DNA of 64,000 nucleotides from Eledone cirrhosa (taxonomy: Eukaryota): the NCBI GenBank assembly GCA_964016885.1, contig OZ024750.1, forward strand, positions 19,840,001 to 19,904,000. Direction: 5' to 3'. The translations under genes were made by a program, and so were the position numbers. Shown in pieces: positions 40,174 to 55,569 of this stretch. Position 1 is the first letter of the stretch; each line of letters starts with the position of its first letter. The notes under the pieces were generated by a model. That model ran no database searches and was not told the origin of the DNA. It worked only from the letters and a program-made list of their open reading frames with translations.

Positions 40174-41283
40174 ATGTCCTAATAAATAATAATAAAAAAC
40201 TATAAACGCAATTATTATTGTAATACGTCTCTTATTATAATGAAACGGGATAAAGTAAAGTATCAGTAATGCACTGGGATAATTGCTGGCCCTGTGCCAA
40301 AAGTAGAAACAATAATAATGAAACCAAGGCATATGAATATAGTAGTAATTTATTTTAGTTCAAACGCCATATTTTTCCGAAGGCAAAATAAGATATAATA
40401 TATATGTTTCCTCTATTTCCAACCGCTCGAAGGCGCATATAGAATTCCACACATATATTATTGTTGGATTGCAGTAGAGATATGCATAAACCAATATTGC
40501 AACAGACTGGAATCAAAATAAAATCCTTTGCTGTCCATCCATCACAAATCTAATATGAAATATTCATCACCATAAATAAAACTCTCATATATATATTGTG
40601 GTCTACTTCCATCCAGTAAGAATTCCGATATAAATACCATTTCAAAATCTCCCATCCAATTTGATTTATCTGATACTATAATGTGGGAAATACACATGAT
40701 AAAAAGATCGATGATATTCTTCTTGAAATAAATGTTGAGTAAAGATTTGTCTGAAGATATAATGATTCAACTCTTCCTTCTTAGGGTCATCGTCTCAACC
40801 CCTTCGTTTGCTAATCAAAACACAGTCAATAATTTTAATAAAAAAAACACAGAGAACATAGGAAATATTAAATAATTTGGTGAGATTTAATAACATAAAG
40901 GTAACTGTTTTTAATATAATGCTGTTGTTTCGAAATAAAAAAAATCTTTCTATAGAAAAGTCTAGATAATAATTGGAATCACTTTAAGCCAGTCAACTTT
41001 GTACACTAACTTCAAAGAAGATGAAAAACATTTGCCTCAACACGTAATTTTACATATTTAATTTTTAGTTTTTAATTGTTATTAATTCTTTTTAATTGTA
41101 ATACTCAACATTTAATAAGATGAATTTTAATAATACATCGAAACCGGTAATACTTTATATACATTATAAAACTTTTTTTTTCTAGAACTCCCTCTCATTG
41201 TTTCAATAATGTCACTTTCACGAATGAAAGAAACGAAAAGAAAAGAAAACCAGGCCCGTAAATATATTTCCATGCTATTTCCA

Positions 41284-41435
<152 letters not shown>

Positions 41436-42656
41436 GTTAAGACAGTAAACAAAAATCAGTAAAAACAACGTGGAAGCGAAGAGGCAGTACATGCGTGCGT
41501 GTGTATATAAACGTCTTATGATTTTCCAACGGCATGCAAACACCGCAGGTTTTACAATGCCACTTTCTTTATTTTATACGTTTATAATTATTTTTAAAAG
41601 TGTACCATTGTCATTGTATGTAAGGCACTTTATTAATATATGCTCCAATCACCTGCATAATACATATATATTACAAAATCTTTCCCTATCTTTTATCATT
41701 TCGAAAAGAATTTAAAAAAGAGGCAGTAACTTTCACAAGAAATCCGGTAACGTAAGGGTTAAAATGCATATATTCATTTTAAAATACCCCTATCATAACA
41801 TTATGTAAGAATCTCTGCTAATCGATATTCCATACGCCAAAGTAATAAATGGCATAAATCCTCATAATTTCAGAATTATTGCAAAAGGCTTTTTAAATAG
41901 GCAGTGAACTTCCGTCGTAAGAAAATGGTTAACATTTTTATATTTGTCTAATGCACTTGCATCATAATTACTTGTAACTTTGTTAAGTTACATTTAAAAT
42001 AACAGATTCATAATAATAACATTCATTTCATGATAGACTCCCGCTATATACCTCATTATTTAAAAAATAATTGAAAAATAATAGGCAGTCTTTCATTAAA
42101 AATATTGCAACAAATAGAGCAATAACAAGAGTATTAGTTATATTAAATATAAAAAAAAAATGTAGTGTCTTTTGTTAGTAATATGCTTACAAGGGGGTTC
42201 AATGAGTAGGTTCTAAGAAACAAAAATGATATTTAGTTTGCTTATGAAACCATTCCTATTAGAAATATGATGAATGTCAAATAGAAATAGCTGAAGTTTA
42301 GAATTCGTATATATTAAAGTGGTTTAATATATTTTTTATTACATTTATATTTCCGTGTTCTTACATGGGCATACATTTTAAAGTATCACAGTAGGAATAT
42401 AATGTATTTCCTCCCTAATTTAATGAAATACGCTACTTGCAATAAGCAGATGGTGTTCAATTAGTTTCAATACCAGGAGGAAAGAAAGCATTTAAAATCT
42501 ATAATACGATTCCAGTGTAAATATATTAGGATGGGAAATAATGGGAGGAAACATTTTTAAAATAAAATATAATGAAATAGACGAAAGATCAATATTGAAA
42601 ACGACCAAAACACAGCATGTTCTATGACTATTTGCCACGCAATGAAATATAAATGT

Positions 42657-42777
42657 ATTATTATTATTATTATTGTCATCATCATCATCATCATTATTAT
42701 TATTTATTATTTATTATTATTATTATTATTATTATCATTATCATCATCATTATTTTTATTTATTATCATTATCATCA

Positions 42778-42817
<40 letters not shown>
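42657..42817. repeat. (TAT)n/(CAT)n microsatellite
   Basis: Seen directly. Confidence 0.9.
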
Positions 42818-42820
<3 letters not shown>

Positions 42821-43124
42821 AAGTAAGACCACCTTATAAATTTTAAATAAAATATTATACACTAAAATGAACTAAGTTTGTTTCCGGTGAGATAATGGAT
42901 GTATGTATTCCAGTTGCATTAAATTTCAAAGTATGCTTAGAACATGGACAACAGCATGAGGACTACTTAAGTAAAAGTAAGCTAATATATATATAGGAGG
43001 AATGTACCGAGTGGTGGCTGTGTTAAGCATACTGAGAACAAATTTGAGTGCATGCGAGTCAGAGGGAATGTAATATATATATATATATACATATTTATAA
43101 ATATAGTTTCCATTTATTAATATC

Positions 43125-43174
<50 letters not shown>

Positions 43175-43177
<3 letters not shown>

Positions 43178-43372
43178 TCCCGGGTTCACTCGCGGCTAAC
43201 CACAGTTAGTAAGGTACTCAATATATTAATAGAGTGCTAATATCAAATTTATTATAGTAACCGTCTTCTTCAGAATTAGAAATATTTCATTTAAAATACG
43301 TAATCTGGAAAGACTGCTGATTTCTTTTGAATGAAACATCAATTACTGTAAAACACATGTCTGTATTGAACT

Positions 43373-43375
<3 letters not shown>
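43175..43375. mobile_element. Diverged family B copy
   Basis: CCCGGGTT..CGGCTAACCACAGTTAGTAAGGTACTCAATA and CTGCTGATTTCTTTTGAATGAAAC resemble family B. Confidence 0.55.
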
Positions 43376-43450
<75 letters not shown>

Positions 43451-43484
43451 CAGTATATATATATATATTTATATATATATACAG

Positions 43485-43525
<41 letters not shown>

Positions 43526-43529
43526 ACAG

Positions 43530-43572
<43 letters not shown>

Positions 43573-43576
43573 ACAG

Positions 43577-43615
<39 letters not shown>

Positions 43616-43619
43616 ACAG

Positions 43620-43655
<36 letters not shown>

Positions 43656-43657
43656 CA

Positions 43658-43710
<53 letters not shown>

Positions 43711-43713
43711 CAG

Positions 43714-43749
<36 letters not shown>

Positions 43750-43781
43750 CAGTATATATATATATATATATATATATACAG

Positions 43782-43817
<36 letters not shown>

Positions 43818-43848
43818 CAGTATATATATATATATATATATATATACA

Positions 43849-43945
<97 letters not shown>

Positions 43946-43967
43946 TGTATATATATATACATATATA

Positions 43968-44008
<41 letters not shown>

Positions 44009-44019
44009 TACTGTATATA

Positions 44020-44112
<93 letters not shown>

Positions 44113-44128
44113 TGTATATATATATATA

Positions 44129-44182
<54 letters not shown>

Positions 44183-44192
44183 TGTATATATA

Positions 44193-44250
<58 letters not shown>
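43376..44250. repeat. (TA)n array punctuated by TACAGTA, then by TACTGTA
   Basis: About 11 CAG interruptions (43451-43849), then about 10 CTG interruptions (43906-44195). Confidence 0.9.
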
Positions 44251-44254
<4 letters not shown>

Positions 44255-44615
44255 CTCTCCACCGAATTTTCAACCGTCAAGGTTGTTTTCAACGGTTATG
44301 TCACTATTTATGAAAACATATTTGCCAAGATTGCCTTGGTTGCCCTTGAAATATATATAATAAAATAATTAGGGTTTTATAAATATAGTTTGCATTTATT
44401 AATATATTGAATATTTAGTCCAGTATAGCCGTTGAGTGCTCTATATCAGTTATAATCTTTTAAATTTGTTGGAGTCCCAACAAATTAAATATAATTACTG
44501 CATATATATATATATACATATATATGGGGATTGCGTGTGTGTGTATGTATATATACATCCATACAGACACGCATATATATCTATAGCTATCGCTCCCCTT
44601 CTCTCTCTCTGTATT

Positions 44616-44648
<33 letters not shown>

Positions 44649-44693
44649 GGAGAGAGATACATATTTGTATATAAACATGTATATGTATATGTG

Positions 44694-44730
<37 letters not shown>

Positions 44731-45343
44731 AATCAATATTAATCGAACGAATTTTAGGGAAATGAAATACATAAAATTTACAAAAGATTATCTCCCTTGC
44801 TGTATGTAGTTGTTTGTGTGTGCTCCCTGCTTGCGTGTATGACTGAGTCATGGTGTGCGATTGTGTATGCTTGTGTGTAAAGGTACGTGTCTTAGTAGTA
44901 GGAAGTTGAATGTATGATCACAATTACACGACATTGGTAGTGTGATCGGGTAGTACATTAAGTCCTTCGGCATATCAGTTCTTTACGCTTTCCTCTAAAT
45001 GAACTGGTTGGAAAATATGAACTGTAGGTCTTAGCCAATGAGTTAATTTTGTGTCTCACACAATCAGACTGAATCTCCGTGAGAATTGAGTTAATATTAC
45101 ACGTGTTTGTGTAAGACTAAACCTCATATGTAACTTCATATGCAGTCTGTTCTATTGATGATACATTTAAAATTAGTGTGTTTGTATTTGAAGGTGATGT
45201 GAAATTTAGCCCATTCTTCAAGTTGTATGTACCAGTTTCTTTGAATAATTATTTATTCCTTATCTTAGCCCAAACTTTTCAGTAAGCCGCGATTTACAAA
45301 GCGTTTGATTTGGCAGGATGTTTAGTGCATTATTATTATGTTC

Positions 45344-45558
45344 CGGTGTATTGGCAGTATTGGTAAAGGGTTGGAGGCCATACTTTGAAGCATAGAGGTA
45401 CCTCCCTTGACGATCTGAGGTCAAATCCCGCCGAGGTTAACTTTGCCTTTCTTCCTTACGGGGTCGAGACAAAGCACCAGTAACGTACTGGGGTCGATTT
45501 AATCGATTTCCCCCTCCCCAAAGATTGCTGGCCTTGTGCCTATATAAGAAACCATTAT
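45344..45558 (+). mobile_element. tRNA-derived SINE with TSD
   Basis: Matches the consensus. ATTATTATGTTCC on both sides. Confidence 0.85.
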
Positions 45559-46998
45559 TATGTTCCATGACTATTCATTCTCAGTTCAAAACATGCCGAG
45601 TTACACTTTGCCCTTCATGCTTCCCATGTCGATACGTATAGGTCTAGTGCTGGTGTAACCTCCTACATTTTCCACTCTCAGATTATAGGTGGTAAGTTGG
45701 ATAAAAGGAGGGCGGGTCTAGAATATGCATGTGTTTGCTCGCACCTGCTGTGTCACCTGAATGAAATCATGCTACGTGCTCTCAAGTCATATCTTTATTG
45801 CGGGAGGTAGCTATAGTAGTATTCCTACAGCGTAGAGAAATGCACACACAGTAGAATAGACACAATAACAATAGCCACGATAACAAAATGAGAGAGAGAA
45901 GAGAATGTTCTCTATATTAAATAATCAACAATTTTTATGGAACTTGTGCACTACTTACATAAATATAGCGCATACATATTATGTAGCATTAATCTCAGCT
46001 ATGAAGAGGAAAATATTTGTCAAGATAATGTTACTCTGCATATATATTAATGTAGCATTAATCTCAGTTATGAGGAAGAAAATATTAACCAACATACAAG
46101 TTAACTGAATATAGTTGAAGTGTGCGCCAGAACAAAATCTTTTTTGTAAAAAGCTTTTATATTCAAATTAATCTTATGTGCATTATGAAGAAAATGACAT
46201 TAAAAACTCGGATAAAATCTAACAGTTATAATAAAGAGCCATGATTGATGATTTCAATATAAAATGATTTTTTATTGAAGAGAATATTATAGAATGAATA
46301 TAAAATCAAGTTGGCTAGTTTTTAAAGCAATCTTATTGATTCATTAAATTACAAAATCGCTGAAGAAATATAAGATTACATAGAATTCCAGACAGCAGAT
46401 CCACTATTTTTTCTCGTCGACATAAAACGCCTTTGTATTAAGGGTAATATTCATAGAAAGAAAGTTCGACATACAATGGTAGAGTAGCAAATACACACAA
46501 AAACATACACATATATACACATACAAAAACATTCACATAGAAACACACACACAGACACGGTTATGTAATTATAAATTTGACTGATAAATGAATGTGCAAG
46601 ACGATATTTAGTTAGTTAGTTAGATAGACGGATGGATAGATAGATAGATAGATAGTTACGTTTATAGATAGAGAGATATACATAAATATTCAGGCAGAAA
46701 TACATAAAACGGAATGTTTGACCTGCGTCTAGTCATTAGTTAGAAAAAAATCATTAAATGTACATGGTTCAAAAAGGTAATAATAGACTTAATATCCTAT
46801 CAGCGGACATCTTAATATTCCTGTGATAACTTAAGTGAAATACATAAGACATGATACCTTTATATATATGAGAGCGTGTAATATGTGGCAGAGAAATACA
46901 TATAGTTCATTAAACCAACGGAAATGGTTCCAGCCACGCCTTGAACAAGTAAAACAAACACATACACACACACGCACACACACACACACATACACACG

Positions 46999-47052
<54 letters not shown>

Positions 47053-47171
47053 TATATATGTGTGTGTGTGCGTTGCGTGTATGTGGGCGTGGGTGTCCCC
47101 GTGTATATAAATATATATATATATAATCGAAATTACATAAATACTCATCTGGTACTCTTTATATATATATA

Positions 47172-47277
<106 letters not shown>

Positions 47278-48152
47278 GAGTGTGTATGTGTGTGTGTCTG
47301 TGTGTGTATATATATATATAACAATAATCACTGTCGAAATTTTACAATAATATATTTGTCTATAGGTTATTGAAGATAAATTGATATTTTTCCTTTCATG
47401 TTTTAAACTAGCAATTACATGAAAGAAAGGGAAAAAATCGAATTATTTAAGCACCATATTTCTTTTGAAACCACAAGAATATATATAGTCTTAAAATATA
47501 TTTAATTCTAAACCACCTCCAACTATGTTACAATCAACTGCTTGAAGAGAAGAAAATTATTCCAATAATCAATATAAACAGTGAGCCATTCTTTATAACG
47601 AGGAATTGGTAATAGAAATGTAAAAAAAAATGAAAAATATATAAATCTACACATATATTTATTCGTAGTTATTTGTTTGTTCATCTCTTGTTTATTTATT
47701 TAATTATACATATATAAATTCATGGGCACGGGCAGGCGTATATTCGCATATAGATATAGTTACACATTTTTCTCCCTCTCACTCTAACCTATCTTGTATA
47801 TATATATATATATATTTATATATAATTCAAGAAATAAGTGTAACATGGTTGGCTGTACAATAAGGTCTTTATTCACAGTGCTGACAATTGTCTCGTTGAT
47901 CTGGTCGGTCTAGAGCTCGCTACTCGCTTGGTGTTGCGCCAATACTTTGTTTACAACCAGTCAAACATCTATGGTAGATTTCGCATGTCACTTAATACAT
48001 CTGTATCATATCTGTTTGTTTACCATGCTTGTTTTATCACAATTTCTTACTTGTATTGATGTTATTGTTTTAATTATTCACTATCTAATATGTTTGTTAT
48101 TGATGTTATTGTTCTGGTCTAACACAACTCTCATATAAAAATTTCTTATCAC

Positions 48153-48201
<49 letters not shown>

Positions 48202-48245
48202 CGAAACATAAGTCAATTGCATGAACTCATAAACCTTTATTTATT

Positions 48246-48297
48246 GCTGTATATATTTCGATGATAGCCATTGAATGGCTATGACCTCATCATGCAG
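48246..48297 (-). ncRNA. Degenerate hammerhead in a (TA)n-adjacent element
   Basis: Minus strand: CTGC-ATGATGA-ggtc ATAGCCA ttcaa TGGCTAT catc-GAAA-TATA-TA-CAGC. Confidence 0.4.
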
Positions 48298-48639
48298 TTA
48301 GTCAGTTCTTAGATATGCCAGCACTGTGTTTATGGTGTTGATGGTATCAGAGCCTTGGGACATATGAACTTTTAGGAATAATTTAATGTTGTCAGCAGGA
48401 ATAGTCTTAATTCTCATTGGTCAGTTTGTAGATGCTGGTAGGGTTGGTATTTGACCTCAGGCAAGATCACAATAGTTCCATATGACTGATTTTCACAAAA
48501 AAGCATTCCTGGTCAGATATATATTCAATTGAGGTTTATAGTATGAAATTCGATGCTACAGATCATTCTTAAATTGCGGAATTTATGTGGAGTGGTACTA
48601 CTGAAAATTATGGTTAGAGTAGAATGCTAGAAAAGTTAC

Positions 48640-48891
<252 letters not shown>

Positions 48892-49505
48892 TAAAATAAC
48901 AGATTAAAGTATAAGCAAAGAATCGCTGCTTTCACTCTTAACGGGATCTTCTGAAACTAAACTAAGCAATCTGTGAATGCAGAAGTAAATAAAAAGTTGC
49001 AACCGATAATTTTATATACATATATAAATATACACGAATAAATGCATGCGTGTGTATGTGTGTTTGCACGTTTGTATGGTGCGTATATGTGTACATATGG
49101 TTTTGGTATATGTACGTTTGGTGAACATATGTGTATTTACCTGTAGGTATGTGTGCCTGTGACTTATACACGCATTTAAGCGTGTATATTTGTATATGTA
49201 TATATAATTATATGTATGCACATAAATATATTTATTCGTGTATTTGGTGTACGTTCGTATGTGTGCGGGTAAATGTGTCGCGCCGTAATGTGTGCGAGTA
49301 CATGTGTGGTACGTGTGCACGTGTTTATCTTTACGTGCATGCATGGCGTGTGTTTTCGCGTATGCACGTGTAAGTACTCCTATAGATGCGTGTATGTTTA
49401 TATATAATTATTATTACTTTTATGATTTTTATAATCTCTGTCATTTTCGTTCAACTAATTTATTTACATTATTCTTTATTCCGATGCCGAGAACCAATAA
49501 TAAAA

Positions 49506-49543
<38 letters not shown>

Positions 49544-50581
49544 AATGTTCGATCAATCCATACGTACATATATACATGTGTACATGTATGTATATATATA
49601 TATATATACTACTCTACGTCTGTATACATATATATATGTACGCATACATACATACTTACATTTAAGTATCAGCCGTACTAAGAGTGAGAAATAAAATTAC
49701 GTTTCAATCGTTTCCATTTATATATATATATATATATATATTATCCGTTGCAACACTGATTCTTCGTTTCTTATGTGATATCATACTCTGCTCTGTAAGA
49801 GCATCGAGTGCTCAAACGGCCTACCGCTTACGGACGCTTTGAGCATCCCACACCAATTATATATATATATACATACATATGTGCGCATGTTTGTGCGTGT
49901 GAGTGTGCATGTGTGTGTTTGTTTTTTCGTTCTGTATGATATCGTGTCATACTAGAATTTATATCTCACCCACCAGGTAGGTTTTCGTTTGGTTTCATTA
50001 TAATTACGAAAGCAATACAGTTCTCAGTTATTTTAATTAACTGAAGAAAGGACTATATATCAAGTTTGAGTATGGCATACCCATCACAGTAAGGCAGGTT
50101 GGAGTATATAAATCAAAATAAATCGAAAACTATACACTGAGGATTGTTATTGACTTGGAAAAAGTACTTTTGGGGAAAAAGTTTGATAATACCCTATGAC
50201 AAATAAATAGACACCCGCTGACTAAACTAAATCAGAATAAGATTAGTTACCTAACTACTAACAATACCGAAGTGAAATTCATATGGTGCGTGTTATTATT
50301 GGCAGCTTTAGAAACGGTAAATAACAGATGGGTTGCCACGGATCCCACCGGGTCAACTCAACTATTGGCAAATTCGTTGCTTCCTCTGTTCTACACACTT
50401 CGGCTAACAGCCTTACCGTCCGAATGTGTGTTACCTTACACAGTGTACTTTAGAAAAACACACACGTCTAAACATACACATGCACTTACACATAACATCG
50501 GCATAATACACACACTTTAGCGTTCCCATTTACGTAACGCAGACTACCTAACAGTTTGTCTTGTTTACTCTCATTATTTTC

Positions 50582-50701
50582 CTGAGTTCAAATCCCACTG
50601 AGGTTAACTTTGCCTTTCTTCCTTACGGGGTCGATTATGTAAAGTATCAGTAATGTACTCGGCAATTGCTGGCCGTGTGCCAAAAATAGAAACAATTATT
50701 T
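50582..50701 (+). mobile_element. tRNA-derived SINE, 5'-truncated
   Basis: Matches the SINE consensus. Confidence 0.8.
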
Positions 50702-51310
50702 TCGTATGTTTACTACTAACCACCATTTATTTTCTGTCTATCCTTTATGATCATGACTCTACTCTTTGTAGTCAAGAAGAAGGGCTACAGCCTGACACGC
50801 TGATATTTCTTTTCTCTTTTCCATATGAAGGTGTAACTAATACGACTTTCTCATCAATGTTTTGTTGTTTCCTTGAACCATATTATTCACAGTTACGCGG
50901 CAATCCTTCTATTTCGAACCTTGATATTTACCCACGGCGTGACTGCGCTATTTTGCAATCCTTTCCAGACAGCGGATTACTCGATAACATATATGATTCA
51001 GTCTTAACTACATCTCACGCAGCGGTCAGTTCATCACGGAAGGATCGGCATTTGGGATTTTTATTTGGTACATAAATTAGCACCGCCAACAGAGTCGTGT
51101 CATTCAGTGTAATCTCCAAGATGCAAATTCTCCTTCCAGATCATAACACTCTGACCTTTACCCATCCTCAAAATCACCAGAAACATATACATACTACCTT
51201 ATTACAATGAGAGTTGGTTTTCCAGATAATTCCTTTCAGTTATAGTCCTATAGAAGCCTATCCACCTTTGAGAACGTATCCGTTCTTTATATATATATAT
51301 ATATATATAT

Positions 51311-51453
51311 AGGAACCAGTAAGACCCCGACAGCTGAGCTCAAGCCGTTTCGACGGCTAATTCTGGCTTGAGCTCAGCTGTCGGGTTCTTGCTGGTTCCT
51401 ATTACATACTCTACTACCTCAAGTATTGAGTACTTTGGTGCGTTATGGTCCAC
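51311..51453 (+). mobile_element. Family A fold-back copy
   Basis: AGGAACCAGTAAGACCCCGACAGCTGAGCTCAAGCC ... GGCTTGAGCTCAGCTGTCGGGTTCTTGCTGGTTCCT. GTATTGAGTAC at 51423. Confidence 0.8.
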
Positions 51454-51676
51454 CATATATATAATAAATATGAAGATTAACATCCAAAGAGAGCTCGATA
51501 AGGATACATATATATCTAATATATAAGAACCCTAGAGCAAATATCTATTAAAATATGAGATTAAAGTTTAAGCAAAGAATCCTTGCTTTTACCCCTAACG
51601 GGATCTTCTGAAGGTGCCGTTGTGAGTGAAAGCAGTGATTCTTTGCTTAAACTTTAATCACTTATATCTTAATATA

Positions 51677-51713
<37 letters not shown>

Positions 51714-51794
51714 GCAAATGTCAGACAGCCTCCAAAAGTAATGGATGTATTTTAAAGGGTACGTCAAACCTATTTGTAAAACTGTTATATATTG

Positions 51795-51859
51795 TATTTT
51801 GTCTGATGAAGGCATACCATAATTTAATGTGGCATCCCTGAAATATGTATAATGAAATA
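51795..51859 (+). ncRNA. Type I hammerhead ribozyme candidate
   Basis: TATTTTGT-CTGATGA-AGG..CCT-GAAATA-TG-TATA-ATGAAATA. Stem I 8 bp with 2 G-U pairs, AUA triplet. The downstream TTATAAATATAGTTT.CATTTATTAATAT also occurs at about 43095 and 44377. Confidence 0.6.
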
Positions 51860-51895
51860 AATATGGTTTTATAAATATAGTTTCCATTTATTAAT

Positions 51896-51938
<43 letters not shown>

Positions 51939-53867
51939 CTACTCGTACCATCTCGTTATAGAGGATAAACTGATAACCATTATTATTTCAATATATTCGT
52001 GAATTATGATACTAATAATGATTATCATGATTGGTTGACGGGAATGAGGATGATGGCAATGATGCAAATGACGATGTGAGTGTGTATCTTGTATTTAGTG
52101 TTAATTGTGCACCAATCTGTGCCGCCCACGCTAGAGATGAAGGTGATGTAATAAGCATGCACTTTAATGGTGCCAACTACAGTATTTTATAGTAATTGAT
52201 ACCCTTCATTTCATCTTTGTTGGTTTACACATTAATATTTTAATTACATATTACAATATTTTATCAAGATATAAAATTATTTGTGGAGGGTTGGATTTAA
52301 AGGAATTATATTGAATATCTTAATGACTGCTTAATTAAATATCATGCCTTATTTGCTTTAAATAATTATTTTTATCACCCATTATACGATGGATTTTCGT
52401 GACGATTAGATATAATTGTGCTTAATTCATATTCATGTACGAATTGAGTTCGTTTATCTTGTTCCTGGTGCTTTAAATGAACGTCTCCATCTAATAGTTC
52501 CCATATTCATTTATAATGTGTTATTGATCTTGCTGACTTAGAGAGCTTTATGTCTTAACTTCCATGTAATGATTTTCGAACTTACTGAATAAACAATATG
52601 GCTTTGCTATCTCTCTTCGCCTTTCGTCAGCCATCGTGTTTCAAGCGCTCTATCTACCTGTTATTCGTTTCCTTTATCGCATTGTCTCCCCATTTTATGA
52701 TTCACTATTATTTCCTTTTGACTTCTACGCTCCTTATCAAGCTGCTTAGCTTCAATTTCCCAATCGGTAGAATTCATCGTATTCTTCACAATCTCAGTCT
52801 TTTATTCATCTAAATCTTTCAACTTCAATATGATTTTAGCGAAGAATAATCAATTATTATTATCATAATAATTATTTTGGGGAACTCTTACAATATTGAT
52901 AATATATGCGACAACCATCGATATCTGTATAGAATTGGGAATACTTAATAATGAGTGTGATAACGGCTATTATTATTATTATTATTGAATTTTATATTAG
53001 AGCAAATTAAAGGAGCATATCATGCCACTATTTGTTAATTAAACACACGCCTTTAAAACAAAGTTCAGATTCACCTATGTTTCTAGATATTCAGTCTATA
53101 CAACACATTGTGTTATCGTATTCTAATTTAAACAGATGTTTCATATATATACCCCTATACATTATCCCTCGAATTGTATTATTCTTTCAAGATCTCTTTG
53201 AATTTCCATTTCTTAAGATCCACGCTCTACATTTCTCCTTACGTTTCAATTGAATTTCCTATAATGCAACCTCCTATAATACGAAACCCCTGACTTTTCT
53301 TCACGCATCGATACACATTCATGCCCATTAAGAGTAGATAATCTGTAAGTAATATAATATAACATATCTGGTATGAATAATGAATATTAATCCTTAATAA
53401 TTATTTATTCGTCCCAATATTATTTCATCTCATCATCGGTTATGGTTTTGCTAAATGTTTTTTTGTGATATATTATGAATCTAATCTATACTGATTTTTG
53501 TCTGCATTAATTAACATTTACTAAATTATTTAAATCTACCTGAGGTCATGGAAAAATCGAATAATTCCACACTGTTGTATAAGACCCGACACCTAGTTAT
53601 TGACAAGAGAACTTCTTAAATGTACTACTGCGTTGCTTTGACAAATAATAACAATATTAAATGGAATATCGAATAGAGCAACCGAATATCGTATTTGATA
53701 TATTTGAAATCAGTTCTGTTCACAATTATATTTATTAACGTTTTATCATTGTCACTGTTTCAAATATATACTCTGAAATGTTTACATATACATACGCACA
53801 TACATACTTACATAGATTGTGCGTGTGTGTTTGTACGTGTGTGATTAGTGTGTGCATGTGTACATAA

Positions 53868-53898
<31 letters not shown>

Positions 53899-54400
53899 CA
53901 GATTTTGAAATTGACAAAAACAGTTCTTTATTACTATTTATTTGAATAAAAGACATATTTATTTTGGAAACTAGAAAAAAAAAAGAAACTTATTTCAAAT
54001 TGATGAAATAATAAATACCAACTAAATGCAGGTAATAAAAAATATATGAAATATTGTTCAAAAATAAATACACAAATTAAATTTGAATGAAAACGAAAGG
54101 AAAAATCGTTTATATAAAGATGAGAAATATATCTTTAAAGATACCACATATATTTTATTTTATTATACAAAAAAATGCTGAATATGAATTGTAGCAAGAC
54201 TACACAATTCAAATATTATAAATAACAAGTGAGTGGGAGAAGAGATTAATTGACAGAGAATGAGAGAGAAATAGAAAGTAAGTTATTTTTTGATAAACGA
54301 AAAAAAAATGAATTTTCCTTGATAGAGACATTTGGATGCTTCTGTATATCTATATTTATGTATCTCCTATCTCTACAAATACAAATATGTATGCACGTAA

Positions 54401-54465
<65 letters not shown>

Positions 54466-54526
54466 TACGTATGTATATATATGTATATGTATGTTTATAT
54501 ATATACATATATATGTATGTTTATAT

Positions 54527-54887
54527 ATTGTTATACTTGGGGAGGGTCATATTTGTGTAATATTGCAAGAATTAATAACAGAACACACTCACTGTTTGGT
54601 TGGTTTTCGCTTCTCGCTGTCTTTTATATCTGCGATCTAACTTACTCGGTCCTCAATGTTGCCATTGACTGAACAACGGTCAGTCAATGGCAACATTGAG
54701 GACCGAGTAAGTTAGATTACCGATATAAAAGACACAGAAGCGAGAAGCGAAAACCAACCAAACCAAACAGTGAGTGTGTTCTGTTATTAATTCTGGTAAT
54801 ATTACACAAATATGACCCTCCCCAAGTATAACAATATTTGTTTCGACACACGATTTCATATAAAAAACCTCGCAAAACTAATTCATC
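54527..54887. mobile_element. Family F-related fold-back (arms about 145 bp, 7-nt loop)
   Basis: 54528-54672 vs 54680-54836, plus a tail homologous to 4061-4110. Confidence 0.8.
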
Positions 54888-54922
54888 GCCGCTATGTTTA
54901 TATATATAATTATATATATATA

Positions 54923-55107
54923 AAGGACGTAAAATAAGAAAATATAAAAAAAAAATTTGTTTTTAAAAATATTTTCTTATTTTACGTCCTTTATATTATT
55001 GTTCTGCATTCTCCTGCATTGAACCACCTAGGTACTATGACATAACCTGTGTATTTGCTGGCATGGGCGTGCATCTGTGCGCTTATGTTAGTTGATATAT
55101 TAAATTA
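54923..55107. mobile_element. Family I fold-back copy
   Basis: Hairpin AAGGACGTAAAATAAGAAAATAT / ATATTTTCTTATTTTACGTCCTT; homologous to 13607-13950. Confidence 0.65.
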
Positions 55108-55267
55108 TCTATAATTATATATATATATATATATATAAATATATGTATAAATATTTCGTATCTCCAAAGAATTACAGTTTTAGGAAGCCGTAGCTATGCA
55201 AACACCGGGTGGGGGGGGGGGGGGGGGGCAACGCCCTCTGGTGATGTCCAGCAGAAGCAAGGTGACA

Positions 55268-55311
55268 ACCGTCTATGCATTTCAGGCTTAACTGGCCTTC
55301 GTCAGGACGGT
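55268..55311 (-). ncRNA. Minimal type I hammerhead ribozyme
   Basis: ACCGTC-CTGACGA-AGGC cagttaa GCCT-GAAAT-GC-ATA-GACGGT. Confidence 0.85.
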
Positions 55312-55525
55312 CCCTCCCACCGCTTGCGACTGCTGGACTAGAAGACAGCAGAGAATATATACTTTTCTCTTCTTTGTAAATGAGGCGATTAATCTCATTT
55401 GCACATGAAGCTGCATAAGTTGGCTCAACTTATCATAAAAAAAGAAATAGGATTTCGCTTCAAGCATAGCTTTATACAATATGTATAAATATTTCGTATC
55501 TCCAAAGAAATACAGTTTTAGGAAG

Positions 55526-55569
55526 ACCGTCCTGATGAAGGCCAGTTAAGCCTGAAATGCATAGACGGT
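55526..55569 (+). ncRNA. Minimal type I hammerhead ribozyme
   Basis: ACCGTC-CTGATGA-AGGC cagttaa GCCT-GAAAT-GC-ATA-GACGGT. Palindromic stem III ATGCAT, AUA triplet. Confidence 0.85.
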
